Source: Alphaproteobacteria bacterium (lineage in GTDB: Bacteria; Pseudomonadota; Alphaproteobacteria; GCA-2731375). From it: a DNA stretch of 64,000 bases. The first letter of the stretch is position 1. Each line of letters begins with the position of its first letter. The stretch lies in contig CBDDPY010000002.1 in NCBI GenBank assembly GCA_965232515.1, forward strand, positions 3,840,001-3,904,000. Direction: 5' to 3'. Below the pieces are notes generated by a model. It saw nothing but the letters and a program-made list of their open reading frames with translations, had not been told where the DNA came from and did no database searches. Positions 42,916 to 53,176 of this stretch are shown one piece after another. A program made the translations under genes and the position numbers.

Positions 42916-43779
42916 ATGTACCGTAGCAATCGATTCCTGATCGCCATCGCCGTCGCGTCGGCGCTGTTTGCCGCCGCCACGGCGCGCGCCGGCGTGATAA
43001 CGGCCAGCACCCAGCCCGGCCTTTCCTACACCTATACGCCGATGTTCGGCTTCCTCAACTATCTCGCCACGGGCTTTCCCGTCAGCCGGGATGTCTGCCG
43101 CAACAGCGTTTCCGGTCAGCGTTGCTCGTTGACGGCCGGCACGACGATCAACCTGCCGAAATTCGACGCCGGGCTCGGGACGCTGACGCAGGCCGAGCTC
43201 ACATTCACGCTCAGCCACAGCTATCTGGCCGTCGTCAGCAACAACCGGTTCGGCACCACGCATTCGGGCCCGATCACGGTGAACGATGTCGGCAGCGGCT
43301 TCCGCGTCGCCTTGAGCCGCATCACCAATGCCGACTTGGGATTGGACCGGTTTGTCCTGAACCGCTCCGAAGGCCCGGCGACGGTGTCGGCGTTCCTGCG
43401 GTTCGGCAACGCGACAACCCGGTTCGGGCCGGGCTTGCGGGCTGAGACATTCAGCATCGTGTTGACCGATGCGGCTTCGCTCGCGGCCCTGACCGGACCC
43501 GGCGCGTTGGGCTTCGACGTCTCGTCGACCGGCGACCAGACCGTCACCGGCATCAACGACCTGACCCTGCGCGGCGTCTCGGTCAACCCGTCGACGCTGG
43601 CGGTGGGCGAGTTTTCAAGGACGTTCTTCCCGGTCATCGAGGCCAGCTACACCTTCGAGGAACCGGTGGTCGAACCGCCGGTCGCGGCGGTGTCCGAGCC
43701 TTCCTCCGCCGGCCTGATGGCGATGGGACTCCTCGGCATCGGCCTGGCCCGCGTCCGCCGGCGTCGTCGAACCGTCTGA
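42916..43779 (+). CDS. Exported surface protein with choice-of-anchor-E-like domain and PEP-CTERM-like (VSEP) tail
   Basis: Signal peptide ending ARA; LPKFDAGLGTLT motif; C-terminal VSEPSS, TM helix, RVRRRRR; SD GGAGGAG. Confidence 0.8.
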   Translation: MYRSNRFLIAIAVASALFAAATARAGVITASTQPGLSYTYTPMFGFLNYLATGFPVSRDVCRNSVSGQRCSLTAGTTINLPKFDAGLGTLTQAELTFTLSHSYLAVVSNNRFGTTHSGPITVNDVGSGFRVALSRITNADLGLDRFVLNRSEGPATVSAFLRFGNATTRFGPGLRAETFSIVLTDAASLAALTGPGALGFDVSSTGDQTVTGINDLTLRGVSVNPSTLAVGEFSRTFFPVIEASYTFEEPVVEPPVAAVSEPSSAGLMAMGLLGIGLARVRRRRRTV

Positions 43780-43785
43780 TCCGGG

Positions 43786-44253
43786 TCAGTTGCGGCGCGG
43801 GATGAACCTGTCGGCCTTGAGGCGGGCCGCGATGATCTCCACCGGCGTCATGGCGCCGGCGATCTCGTCGCGGCGGCCGGCGGCCCAGGCATGGTCCTGC
43901 CGCGCCGCCAGCTCCAGCCACATATAGGCCTGCACCAGATCATGCGGCACGCCATGGCCGCGGGCGTAGTAGTCGCCCAGATTGAGCTGTCCCGTGACGT
44001 TGCCCTGATCGGCCGCCCGGGCGTACCAGCGGGCGGCTTCGGCCGGATCGAGGGGCACGCCCGTGCCCTGGGCATAGAGGTTGGCCAGCGCCACCTGGGC
44101 CAGCGGATCGCCGGCCTCGGCGAGCGGACGCCACTCGGCATAGGCCGTCGCATAGTCGCCGGCGTCGAACGCCTGCAGCCCGTCTGCCAGGTCCGCATCG
44201 ACGGACGTCAGCGGTGTCAGAACGAATACGATGGCCAGCAGATACCGGCGCAT
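43786..44253 (-). CDS. Exported Sel1-like repeat protein
   Basis: Signal peptide; AQ..LA.LY..G.GVP.D..EA.RWY..AA.QG repeats. Confidence 0.9.
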   Translation of the reverse strand: MRRYLLAIVFVLTPLTSVDADLADGLQAFDAGDYATAYAEWRPLAEAGDPLAQVALANLYAQGTGVPLDPAEAARWYARAADQGNVTGQLNLGDYYARGHGVPHDLVQAYMWLELAARQDHAWAAGRRDEIAGAMTPVEIIAARLKADRFIPRRN

Positions 44254-44373
44254 GGCCGCACCTCCATATCGGCGATCGAACGGTGATCATAAGCCAATCC
44301 GCGATGCGGACCCGGCTCACGCTTCGGTGTGCCGGAACACATCCGCGTGACCGGCCGGGCCGGTCGACGAAGC

Positions 44374-44721
44374 TCAGAACAGCGGTTTCCGAATAACCAA
44401 TTGGCCGTCGGCGCCCAGCTTGCCGCGTGCCTGGCTGCGGCGGTTGAGCTTGGCCTGCGCGGCGTCCGAGAAATCGGTTAGGCCGATCACGTTCTTCGAG
44501 ATCAGGATGTCGACCAGATCCTCGATCAGGCGGGCCATCTCGCCATCGCTATTGGCCAGGAAGGCCAGCGCCGCGGCGCGGCCGGCATCGTGGTCGAGCC
44601 CGGCGAACAGAAACGACTGCAGCGCCGGATCGTCGGCCGCCACCGCCTCGTCGGCCTCTGAACAGGGGGCGGCGAACAGCGCTTCGATGCTGCCGTCGGT
44701 GGCCCGTTTCGCGTATGGCAT
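44374..44721 (-). CDS. Conserved hypothetical protein
   Basis: MPY.KR..DG.I.ALF, L..SD.EM.RLIEDL.D.LI.K.VI..TDF...AQ.KL; resembles a small family I recall near type I secretion loci. Confidence 0.75.
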   Translation of the reverse strand: MPYAKRATDGSIEALFAAPCSEADEAVAADDPALQSFLFAGLDHDAGRAAALAFLANSDGEMARLIEDLVDILISKNVIGLTDFSDAAQAKLNRRSQARGKLGADGQLVIRKPLF

Positions 44722-44790
44722 GCGGATCCTCGATTGGCGACGCAGGTCCCCCGATCATCGCCGGCAACCGGTTTCGGTTCAGTTAAACGC

Positions 44791-44834
44791 GGTAGGGCCA
44801 CCCGGTAGGGGCACGCGGTAGGATGCAAGGTAGG
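44791..44834. repeat. Four GGTAGG direct repeats with 13/13/12-bp period
   Basis: GGTAGG at 44791, 44804, 44817 and 44829 in the intergenic region. Confidence 0.85.
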
Positions 44835-44839
44835 GCTAA

Positions 44840-46452
<1,613 letters not shown>

Positions 46453-46459
46453 CGCCACC

Positions 46460-47239
46460 TCACCTGTCGAGGAAGCGCAGCACGGTGTCCGCCACCTTGT
46501 CCGGCGCATCCAGATCCGCCAGATGGCCCGCGTCGGGAACGATTTCAATGCTGACATCGCCGGCGATCCGCTCGGCGAAACGCCCGGCATAGTCCGGCGA
46601 GACGACATTGTCGGCATCGCCCCACATCAGCAGGACTCGCTGCCGCAAGCGGTGCAGCCGCTTGCCCAATCCCGTATCCGAAATGGGCCAGAGCAGCCGG
46701 GCCGCCGCCTCGCTGGCGCGGGTTTGGATGATCGACCACTCCGCCGCGTCCGCGCCATCCGGTGGAACGCCAAGACGGGCGTAGTTCTCGGGATCCCGGC
46801 ACAGCAAACCGGCGGCCTCGCCCGGTCGCTGGGCAAAGATGTCGGCCACCGGATCGTCCGGGTCGAACAGGCCGAGCGGCGCGATCAACACCAGGCGCCC
46901 GGCGGACGGCCAGAGCGCCGCCACATCGGCCAGCAGCGCGCCGCCGACCGACGCGCCGATCATATCGGCGCCGTCCAGCCCCGCGGCCCGCAGCAGATCG
47001 TGGGTCGCCAGCAGCCAGTCGAGCTGACTGTCCAGCAGGTCGTGCCCCTCGCCGCCCGGGAACCCCGGCAGCGACGGCACCACGACCCGGCGGGTTTCGG
47101 ACAGGCGATCGAGGAACGGCGTCCAGGCCTGCAGCCCACCGATGCCGGCGAGATAGCCGACCGCCGGCCCCTCGCCCTTCTCCCAGACCCGGCAGGTCCG
47201 GTCGTTGACCGTGACAGACCGCTCGCGGAGCCCGCTCAC
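46460..47239 (-). CDS. Alpha/beta fold hydrolase
   Basis: PSLPGF, GASVGG elbow, WGDAD.VV, AGHL; GTG start overlaps the upstream TGA. Confidence 0.85.
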   Translation of the reverse strand: MSGLRERSVTVNDRTCRVWEKGEGPAVGYLAGIGGLQAWTPFLDRLSETRRVVVPSLPGFPGGEGHDLLDSQLDWLLATHDLLRAAGLDGADMIGASVGGALLADVAALWPSAGRLVLIAPLGLFDPDDPVADIFAQRPGEAAGLLCRDPENYARLGVPPDGADAAEWSIIQTRASEAAARLLWPISDTGLGKRLHRLRQRVLLMWGDADNVVSPDYAGRFAERIAGDVSIEIVPDAGHLADLDAPDKVADTVLRFLDR

Positions 47240-48495
47240 GACGCCAGCACCGCCGGCCGCGCCGCCGCGCCGGTCATGCGCCGCGGGCCCGGCATCGGCT
47301 GCGGCCACCAATGATCCTGCCAGCGGTCGTCGAACAGATCGCGCAGCTGCGGCATCACCTTCTCGGCGAACAGTCTGGTGTTGTTGTCGACGACGTCGCG
47401 GCCCATGTTGCCGAACTGCATCAGCAGCATCAGATGGCCGACATTCAGGTCGCTCGCCACCTCGCGCAGCCGAGCCGCGACCTCGTCGGGATTGCCGACG
47501 ATCACATAGCCGTTCTCGAGAATGCCCTCGAAATCGCGCGAGATACCGGAGACACGCTCGTAATTGCTGGCAAGCTTGCTGGCCGAGCGGGCCCGCGCGC
47601 GCAGCGTTTCCTCGCTCGTATGCCCCGGCGGCGTGGCGTAGCGCGGATCGACATGCAGGCAGCGGCCGTAGAAGTATTCCGCCGGCTCGCGGTAAAGACG
47701 GTGCGCCTCCTCGGTGGTCTCGGCCACGCCGACGAATTGCAGGAAGCCGGCCCGATACGGATTCCGGTCCTTGCCCAGCCGGTCCATCTCGTCCCAGAAG
47801 CCGTCCATGGTCTTCTGCGCGGCCTTGTAGCCGAAATACGAGAGATAGCAGTAGACGTAGTCCATCTCGGCGCACCAGCGCCAGGTCTCGACCGACCCGC
47901 CGCCCGGAATCCAGATCGGTGGATGCGGTTTCTGCAGCGGCCGCGGCCAGACATTCACATAGCGCAGCTGGTTGAAGCGGCCATTGAAGGCGAACGGCGC
48001 CTCTTCCTGCCAGGCTCGCATGACCAGATCGTGCGCCTCGTAGTAGCGCTGCCGCAGCATGCTCGGGTTCTGGCCATAGGCGTAGCAGGTGTCCATGGGC
48101 GAGCCGACCGGAAAGCCGGCGATAACGCGGCCGCCGGAGATGCAGTCGATCATCGCCATCTCCTCGGCGACACGGATCGGCGGGTTATAGAGCGCCAGCG
48201 AATTGCCGAGGATGCAGAGCGCGGCGTCGTCCGTCCGGCGGGCGAGCGCGGCGGCGATCAGGTTCGGTGACGGCATCATGCCGTAGCCGTTCGAATGATG
48301 TTCGTTGACGCAGATGCCGTCGAAACCGCAATCGGCGGCGTATTCGAGCTCGTCCATGAAGTCGTTGTACATCAGGTGCGCGCGCGCCGGATCGAACAGG
48401 CCGGGATCGACGTCGACCCAGACAGACCGATGCCGTTCGCGAAAATCGTCCGGCAACTCGGTATACGGCATCAAATGGAACCAGAGCAGCTTCAT
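47236..48495 (-). CDS. LLM-class (luciferase-like) flavin-dependent monooxygenase
   Basis: GFDGICVNEHH, MPSPN, RVAEEMAMID.ISGGR, WPRPLQKPHPPIW, LFAEKVMP. Confidence 0.92.
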   Translation of the reverse strand: MKLLWFHLMPYTELPDDFRERHRSVWVDVDPGLFDPARAHLMYNDFMDELEYAADCGFDGICVNEHHSNGYGMMPSPNLIAAALARRTDDAALCILGNSLALYNPPIRVAEEMAMIDCISGGRVIAGFPVGSPMDTCYAYGQNPSMLRQRYYEAHDLVMRAWQEEAPFAFNGRFNQLRYVNVWPRPLQKPHPPIWIPGGGSVETWRWCAEMDYVYCYLSYFGYKAAQKTMDGFWDEMDRLGKDRNPYRAGFLQFVGVAETTEEAHRLYREPAEYFYGRCLHVDPRYATPPGHTSEETLRARARSASKLASNYERVSGISRDFEGILENGYVIVGNPDEVAARLREVASDLNVGHLMLLMQFGNMGRDVVDNNTRLFAEKVMPQLRDLFDDRWQDHWWPQPMPGPRRMTGAAARPAVLAS

Positions 48496-48653
48496 ACGTC
48501 GCACCTCCCTCGCACCGCCTCGACAACAGCCGACACCCTGTCGAGAAGCGTAGGTCGCGCGATGGCCGCGAGGCAATTCGAGATTTTTGGACCGCGATCC
48601 GGGCGCATGCCATCACCATGCCGCCCGGGCCGCGGAGCATCCGAAGCAGGGGA

Positions 48654-48758
48654 TTAAGCCAGGAGGCCGACGCCGGTCAGTATGGCCAGCCAAACGCTGA
48701 TACCGGCGGCAAATACGTGCAGCGCCGTACGCCAGTCTTGGATCAGCATGAGAGTCAT
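48654..48758 (-). CDS. 34-aa single-TM small protein (below the ORF-track cutoff)
   Basis: MTLMLIQDWRTALHVFAAGISVWLAILTGVGLLA*; GC3-biased codons in an otherwise AT-richer spacer. Confidence 0.6.
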   Translation of the reverse strand: MTLMLIQDWRTALHVFAAGISVWLAILTGVGLLA

Positions 48759-48857
48759 CTCGGTTCTTCTGTTGGCTTTGTTTTTAGTAATACCTGATAT
48801 TGGGCCGACCGACCGCCGTTCACGTGAGCGTCGTCACTCCAGGTTCACATTTTTCAG

Positions 48858-48891
48858 AAAAACGGCCCCGCCGGCAGAGCCGGCAGGGCCG
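48858..48891 (-). terminator. Rho-independent terminator
   Basis: CGGCCCTGCCGG-CTCTG-CCGGCGGGGCCG followed by TTTTT. Confidence 0.85.
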
Positions 48892-48985
48892 ATGCACACG
48901 TCACCGATTCACCCGTTCTTGGGAGGTATGCATCCAAGGCCATAATTCATCCAGGCAGTCTGCGGGGTGGGCCTGGATGAGACCC
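48858..48985 (-). ncRNA. Candidate 3'UTR-derived sRNA with anti-SD motif
   Basis: 10-bp perfect stem TCATCCAGGC/GCCTGGATGA, then CTTGG-ATGCATACCTC-CCAAG hairpin containing CCUCCC, then terminator. Confidence 0.45.
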
Positions 48986-48987
48986 GA

Positions 48988-49293
48988 TCAGGATGCACGA
49001 ACGGCCTGTACCGGTTGCTCGCCGCCATCGAGCAGACGTGCGCCGTACTCGCGCCACCAGTATTCGAAGGCGCATTCCTGGACGCCGGCGCCATCGTCGA
49101 GCCAGTCCAGCTCGTAGGCGCCATCGCCCCAAATCTCGAGGCAAAGCTGAAATTCTTCTCCCTTGATCTCGAATTTCGCCATGCCGGTGGTCAGCTTCAC
49201 TTCAACCGCGCCGTCGAGTTTCTGTTGCTGCCCGCAGTGCATCTTCAGAACCTCATACAGCGCACTTATTCTCTCCGCAGGTGTCTGGAGCAT
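48988..49293 (-). CDS. Hypothetical acidic protein, 101 aa
   Basis: SD-like GGGGATAGGA before ATG; GC3-biased codons; no family recognised. Confidence 0.7.
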   Translation of the reverse strand: MLQTPAERISALYEVLKMHCGQQQKLDGAVEVKLTTGMAKFEIKGEEFQLCLEIWGDGAYELDWLDDGAGVQECAFEYWWREYGARLLDGGEQPVQAVRAS

Positions 49294-49320
49294 TCTTCCT
49301 ATCCCCCAATGACAACATCA

Positions 49321-49346
49321 AACCGATGCCCCACACTTTTTGTTCC
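49321..49346 (-). promoter_or_regulatory. EcfG (general stress response sigma) type promoter
   Basis: GGAAC-N17-GGTT ending 27 nt upstream of ATG 49293. Confidence 0.65.
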
Positions 49347-49455
49347 GCCATTGTTGTCGCATCCTGGTATGGCCATCTGTGAAGTGGTTCACAGACGCGG
49401 AGAAATTTCACTGAACGACCGCACGCAGATCCGAATCGATGCACAGGAATGGACG

Positions 49456-49929
49456 ATGAAATTTGTCAGCTTCGCCGCCGCCGTTTTTCTGACAACAGCG
49501 GCGTTCGCCGACCGGCCGGCCACCGCCGAAGAGGTCGGTTGCGTGACCACGGCCTGGAAACTGCTCGGCGCCAATCACAAGGTTTGCGTCGAGGCGTTCG
49601 AGGATCCGAAGGTGCCGGGCATCGCCTGCCACCTGAGCCGGGCCAAGACCGGCGGCATCAAGGGCAGCCTGGGCCTGGCCGAGGACCCGTCGCGGTTCGC
49701 CATCGCCTGCCGTCAGGTCGGGCCGATCACGCTGCCGCGCGAGATGGAGGAGAACGAGGTGGTCTTCGACGAGGACACCTCGATCCTGTTCAAGGAAACC
49801 CGCGTCGTCCGCATGTTCGACGAAGCCCACAACACGCTTGTGTATCTGGTCTACAGCACCAAGCTTATCGACGGCTCGCCGATGAACAGCGTCTCCACCG
49901 TGCCGGTACGCCCCTGGCCGGGCGGTTGA
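49456..49929 (+). CDS. creA: CreA family protein
   Basis: Signal peptide; AF.DPKV.G..C.LSRAKTGG.KG.LGLAED, IACRQVGP, LVYS.KLIDGSP.NS. Confidence 0.92.
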   Translation: MKFVSFAAAVFLTTAAFADRPATAEEVGCVTTAWKLLGANHKVCVEAFEDPKVPGIACHLSRAKTGGIKGSLGLAEDPSRFAIACRQVGPITLPREMEENEVVFDEDTSILFKETRVVRMFDEAHNTLVYLVYSTKLIDGSPMNSVSTVPVRPWPGG

Positions 49930-49945
49930 GCGGGTTCTTCGAGCG

Positions 49946-50929
49946 TTAGGCCAGAGCCTGCGGCCCCATGGCCGCCAGCAGCAGCAGAGCCCCAAATCCC
50001 AGCACCGCGAACGCGCCGACCGCCGCCAGACCGGTATGCAGCCGGCCGGCCCATTTCACGTTCGCGCCGGCGAGCCGCATGGCGAACTGGCGCGACATCA
50101 CCGTCATCGCCGCCAGCGCCGAGACCGTGATCGCCGTGCCGACCGACATGGCGAAGGTGGCGCCGATGCCGACCACAAACAGCCCGTGCGCCAGCGTGAA
50201 TAGCAGAATGATCACAGCGCCGCTGCAGGGGCGGATGCCGACGGCCATGACCACGGCCGCGACCCGGCCAAGCCCGCCACCCGGCTTTATGTCGACCTCG
50301 GCCACGCCGTGACTGTGCCCGCATCCGTGTCCGTGACCGTCGTGATCATGGTGGTGATGGCCATGCCGCCGGTCGGCGACGATGCCGTAAAGCATCCAAA
50401 GACCGACGCCGATCACCAGGACATAGCTGGCGATCTCGAGATAGCGGACGCTGCCCGTGGTCTCGAAGCGCGACAGATCGAGCAGGATCGCCAGCACACC
50501 GACCAGCGCGATGGCCGACAGCGCCTGCACGAACGACGCCAGGAACGAAATCGCGATACCGCGTTTCAACCGGCTGGCGTCGGCCAGCAGATAGGACGAA
50601 ATCACGATCTTGCCATGGCCCGGTCCGACGGCATGGAAAATGCCGTAGAGAAAAGCCAAGAACGCCAGGCTCAATGCCGGCAGTAACGAATCCGAGCCCT
50701 TCATCTCGCGCACGACGGCGGCCAGATCCCGCTGCAGCTTGAACTGCGCGTCGCGGACCTTTTGCAGCAGGGAAGACAGTAATCCGGGTTCCGATGCCCC
50801 GGCCGTTGTCTGACCCGACGACGGCCCCGTCAGCGACGCCTGCGCATATGCCGATGACGACGGGCCCAAAGCGACGACAAGGCCGAACAGCAGGACCGCA
50901 ACAAGAACCGTAACGCGGTCAGCCGTCAT
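49946..50929 (-). CDS. Nickel/cobalt transporter family protein (RcnA/ZevB-like)
   Basis: YGIFHAVGPGHGK, His-rich loop HGHHHHDHDGHGHGCGHSH, GIRPCSGA. Confidence 0.88.
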   Translation of the reverse strand: MTADRVTVLVAVLLFGLVVALGPSSSAYAQASLTGPSSGQTTAGASEPGLLSSLLQKVRDAQFKLQRDLAAVVREMKGSDSLLPALSLAFLAFLYGIFHAVGPGHGKIVISSYLLADASRLKRGIAISFLASFVQALSAIALVGVLAILLDLSRFETTGSVRYLEIASYVLVIGVGLWMLYGIVADRRHGHHHHDHDGHGHGCGHSHGVAEVDIKPGGGLGRVAAVVMAVGIRPCSGAVIILLFTLAHGLFVVGIGATFAMSVGTAITVSALAAMTVMSRQFAMRLAGANVKWAGRLHTGLAAVGAFAVLGFGALLLLAAMGPQALA

Positions 50930-51533
50930 TGCATGCGATCCGGATCTCCCGGCCAATCCCCCAGCCGTCCATGGCCGAGCCGATCTGCACGTCCTGGCTG
51001 GTGTCGAAATAGCAATCGACCGGCCAGTCGCCGCGCACCCGGACCGGGTCGTGCTCGTCGAGGATCAAGGCGACGTAGAACGTTATGTCGAACATGGCAA
51101 ACACCAGTTCGTCGCGGCGCGGATCGACCCCGTCCGGCAGCGGCACGGTAAAGGCATAGGTGACGATCTCGTTCTTCACGTCGGCCGAGAAATCGTCGAC
51201 CGCGCTGTAGTCGAACGCCTCTCCATTCACGCGGATGTGGGTGAAATAGCCGAAATCCTTGAGCGAACCGAGGCTCTGGTCGGCGATACCGTCAACTTCG
51301 GCGGCGTTGAAACGGCGGTCCCGGTCCTTGTCGAAATCCTCCAACAGCAACAGGCTGAAAAAGTCATCGAAGGTCCAACTGACCCGGATGCCGCGGATCT
51401 CGCCGTCGCGATAGTCCAGCTCGGCGAAGGCGTTGATCCAGACATGGGGATGCGCCTGCGCTGCGCCAGCGGCAACGCCCGCGACGGCCAACACCATGGC
51501 GCCGGCCAGCCAACGACAGACGGATCGCAACAT
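50919..51533 (-). CDS. DUF1007 family periplasmic protein (ZevA-like)
   Basis: Signal peptide then AHPHVWI, WTFDDFFS, FD.TFYV. Confidence 0.88.
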   Translation of the reverse strand: MLRSVCRWLAGAMVLAVAGVAAGAAQAHPHVWINAFAELDYRDGEIRGIRVSWTFDDFFSLLLLEDFDKDRDRRFNAAEVDGIADQSLGSLKDFGYFTHIRVNGEAFDYSAVDDFSADVKNEIVTYAFTVPLPDGVDPRRDELVFAMFDITFYVALILDEHDPVRVRGDWPVDCYFDTSQDVQIGSAMDGWGIGREIRIACNDG

Positions 51534-51591
51534 CTCCCCGCCTCCATCAGAAGCTCAGGCAGGTCATTATATGGCGTGTCGCGGCTTAATT

Positions 51592-52389
51592 TCACCTTAA
51601 CCAAATGCGTTTCGGCCGGACGATCAGCGAAACGCCGAACAACGCCGCCGCGGCCACGACGATCGCCGGACCCGACGGCAGATCCCAGAGCAGCGAGCTT
51701 TGCAGGCCGAGGCCGACCGTAAGACAGCCGATCAGGCTCGCCAACAAGCCCATCTGCAACGGCGTGCGCGCGAATTGCCGCGCCGCTGCCGCCGGAATGA
51801 TCAGCAGCGAGGTCACCAGCAGGATACCAACGACCTTCATGGCAAGCGCGATCACCACCGCGATCAGCAACATGAAAGCGATCTGGGTGCGCAGCACCGG
51901 CACGCCCTCGACGCGCGCCAGGTCCTCGTGCACGGTGATCGACAGCAACGGCCGCCAGAGCACCGCCATCAGACCGACCGCCGCGATACCGCCGGCATAG
52001 ATCATGTAGATGTCTGTCGTGCCGACGGCCAGGATGTCGCCGAACAGATACGACACCAGGTCGACGCGCAGGGTCTCCATAAAGGCAATCGCCACCAGCC
52101 CCAGCGACAGCGCGCTGTGCGAGAGAATCCCCAGCAGCGTGTCGTCGGCGAGCCCGCGTTGCTGCCGCAGAATCACCAGCAAGATGGCCAGCAGGACGCA
52201 GGTCGCGACGATGCCGAGGCTGACATTGATGCCGAGTAGGAATCCCAGCGCCACGCCCAGCAACGCCGAATGCGCCAGCGTGTCGCCGAAATAGGCCATG
52301 CGCCGCCAGACCACGAAGGCGCCCAAGGGCCCCATGCAGGCGGCGATCCCGACGCCGGCGACGAACGCCCGCAGGATGAAGCTATCCAT
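51592..52389 (-). CDS. znuB: Zinc ABC transporter permease
   Basis: VWRRMAYFGDTLAHSALLG, YLFGDILA, VGILLVTSLLIIPAAAAR. Confidence 0.95.
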   Translation of the reverse strand: MDSFILRAFVAGVGIAACMGPLGAFVVWRRMAYFGDTLAHSALLGVALGFLLGINVSLGIVATCVLLAILLVILRQQRGLADDTLLGILSHSALSLGLVAIAFMETLRVDLVSYLFGDILAVGTTDIYMIYAGGIAAVGLMAVLWRPLLSITVHEDLARVEGVPVLRTQIAFMLLIAVVIALAMKVVGILLVTSLLIIPAAAARQFARTPLQMGLLASLIGCLTVGLGLQSSLLWDLPSGPAIVVAAAALFGVSLIVRPKRIWLR

Positions 52390-53176
52390 GGGACGCGTCC
52401 TTGTCCCGGTCGGTGTCCTGCTCGATTGCCACGGGCGCACCAGAGATATCGTGGTCGTGGCCGTGATGGTGTGTGTAGACCGCTAGGGATTCGCCGACCC
52501 TGGGCCCGAACAGGGCCAGATATTCGGGGTGCTGGCTGACGTCGTCCGGTCGGCCGCTGCAGCAGACATGTCCGTTCAGGCACAGCACCCGATCGGTCGC
52601 CGCCATGACCAGATGCAGATCGTGCGAGACCAGCAGGATGCCGCAGTGACGGCGCCGGCGGATCGTCTGGATCAGCTCGTACAGCTCGGCCTGCCCGCCG
52701 ACGTCGACATTCGCCATCGGCTCGTCCAGCACCAGCAGGTCGGGATCGCGCAACAGGGCGCGGGCCAGCATCACGCGCCGGACCTCGCCGCCCGACAGGT
52801 CATGAAAACCGGCGGCCAGCAGGTTCGGCACGCCGACCTCCAGCAACGCCTGCTGCATGCTGTCGGTCGGCACGCGCCGGCCCAGCAACAGAAACTGCCG
52901 CACTGTAAGCGGCAGCGTCCGGTCGATCTGCAGATGCTGCGGCACGTAGCCGATGACGATGCCATCCTCCCGCTGCAACCGGCCGGCGCTCGGCTTCATC
53001 AGCCCCAGAAGAACCCGGATCAGCGTCGTCTTGCCGGAACCGTTCGGTCCGATCAGCGTGACAATCTCATCGCGATGCACGGCGATATCGACATGATCGA
53101 GGATCGCCCGGTCGCCGCGCCGGACACTGATCTCCCAGCCCGAGACGAGGGCGGGACGGCTATCGGCGTCAGGCAT
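52382..53176 (-). CDS. znuC: Zinc ABC transporter ATPase
   Basis: GPNGSGKTT, LSGGE, SHDLHLVMA.TD.V.CLN.HVCC.G, YTHHH. Confidence 0.95.
   Translation of the reverse strand: MPDADSRPALVSGWEISVRRGDRAILDHVDIAVHRDEIVTLIGPNGSGKTTLIRVLLGLMKPSAGRLQREDGIVIGYVPQHLQIDRTLPLTVRQFLLLGRRVPTDSMQQALLEVGVPNLLAAGFHDLSGGEVRRVMLARALLRDPDLLVLDEPMANVDVGGQAELYELIQTIRRRRHCGILLVSHDLHLVMAATDRVLCLNGHVCCSGRPDDVSQHPEYLALFGPRVGESLAVYTHHHGHDHDISGAPVAIEQDTDRDKDASHG

Noticed and set aside
44791-44834. Repeat array considered as a mini-CRISPR or iteron origin
   Set aside because: Units are only 6 bp with 6-7 bp spacers, and no cas or rep genes are nearby.
48967-49455. N-terminal extension of creA in the ORF track (320 aa)
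   Set aside because: The signal peptide and SD place the start at 49456, and the extension overlaps the better-supported minus-strand ORF 48988-49293.
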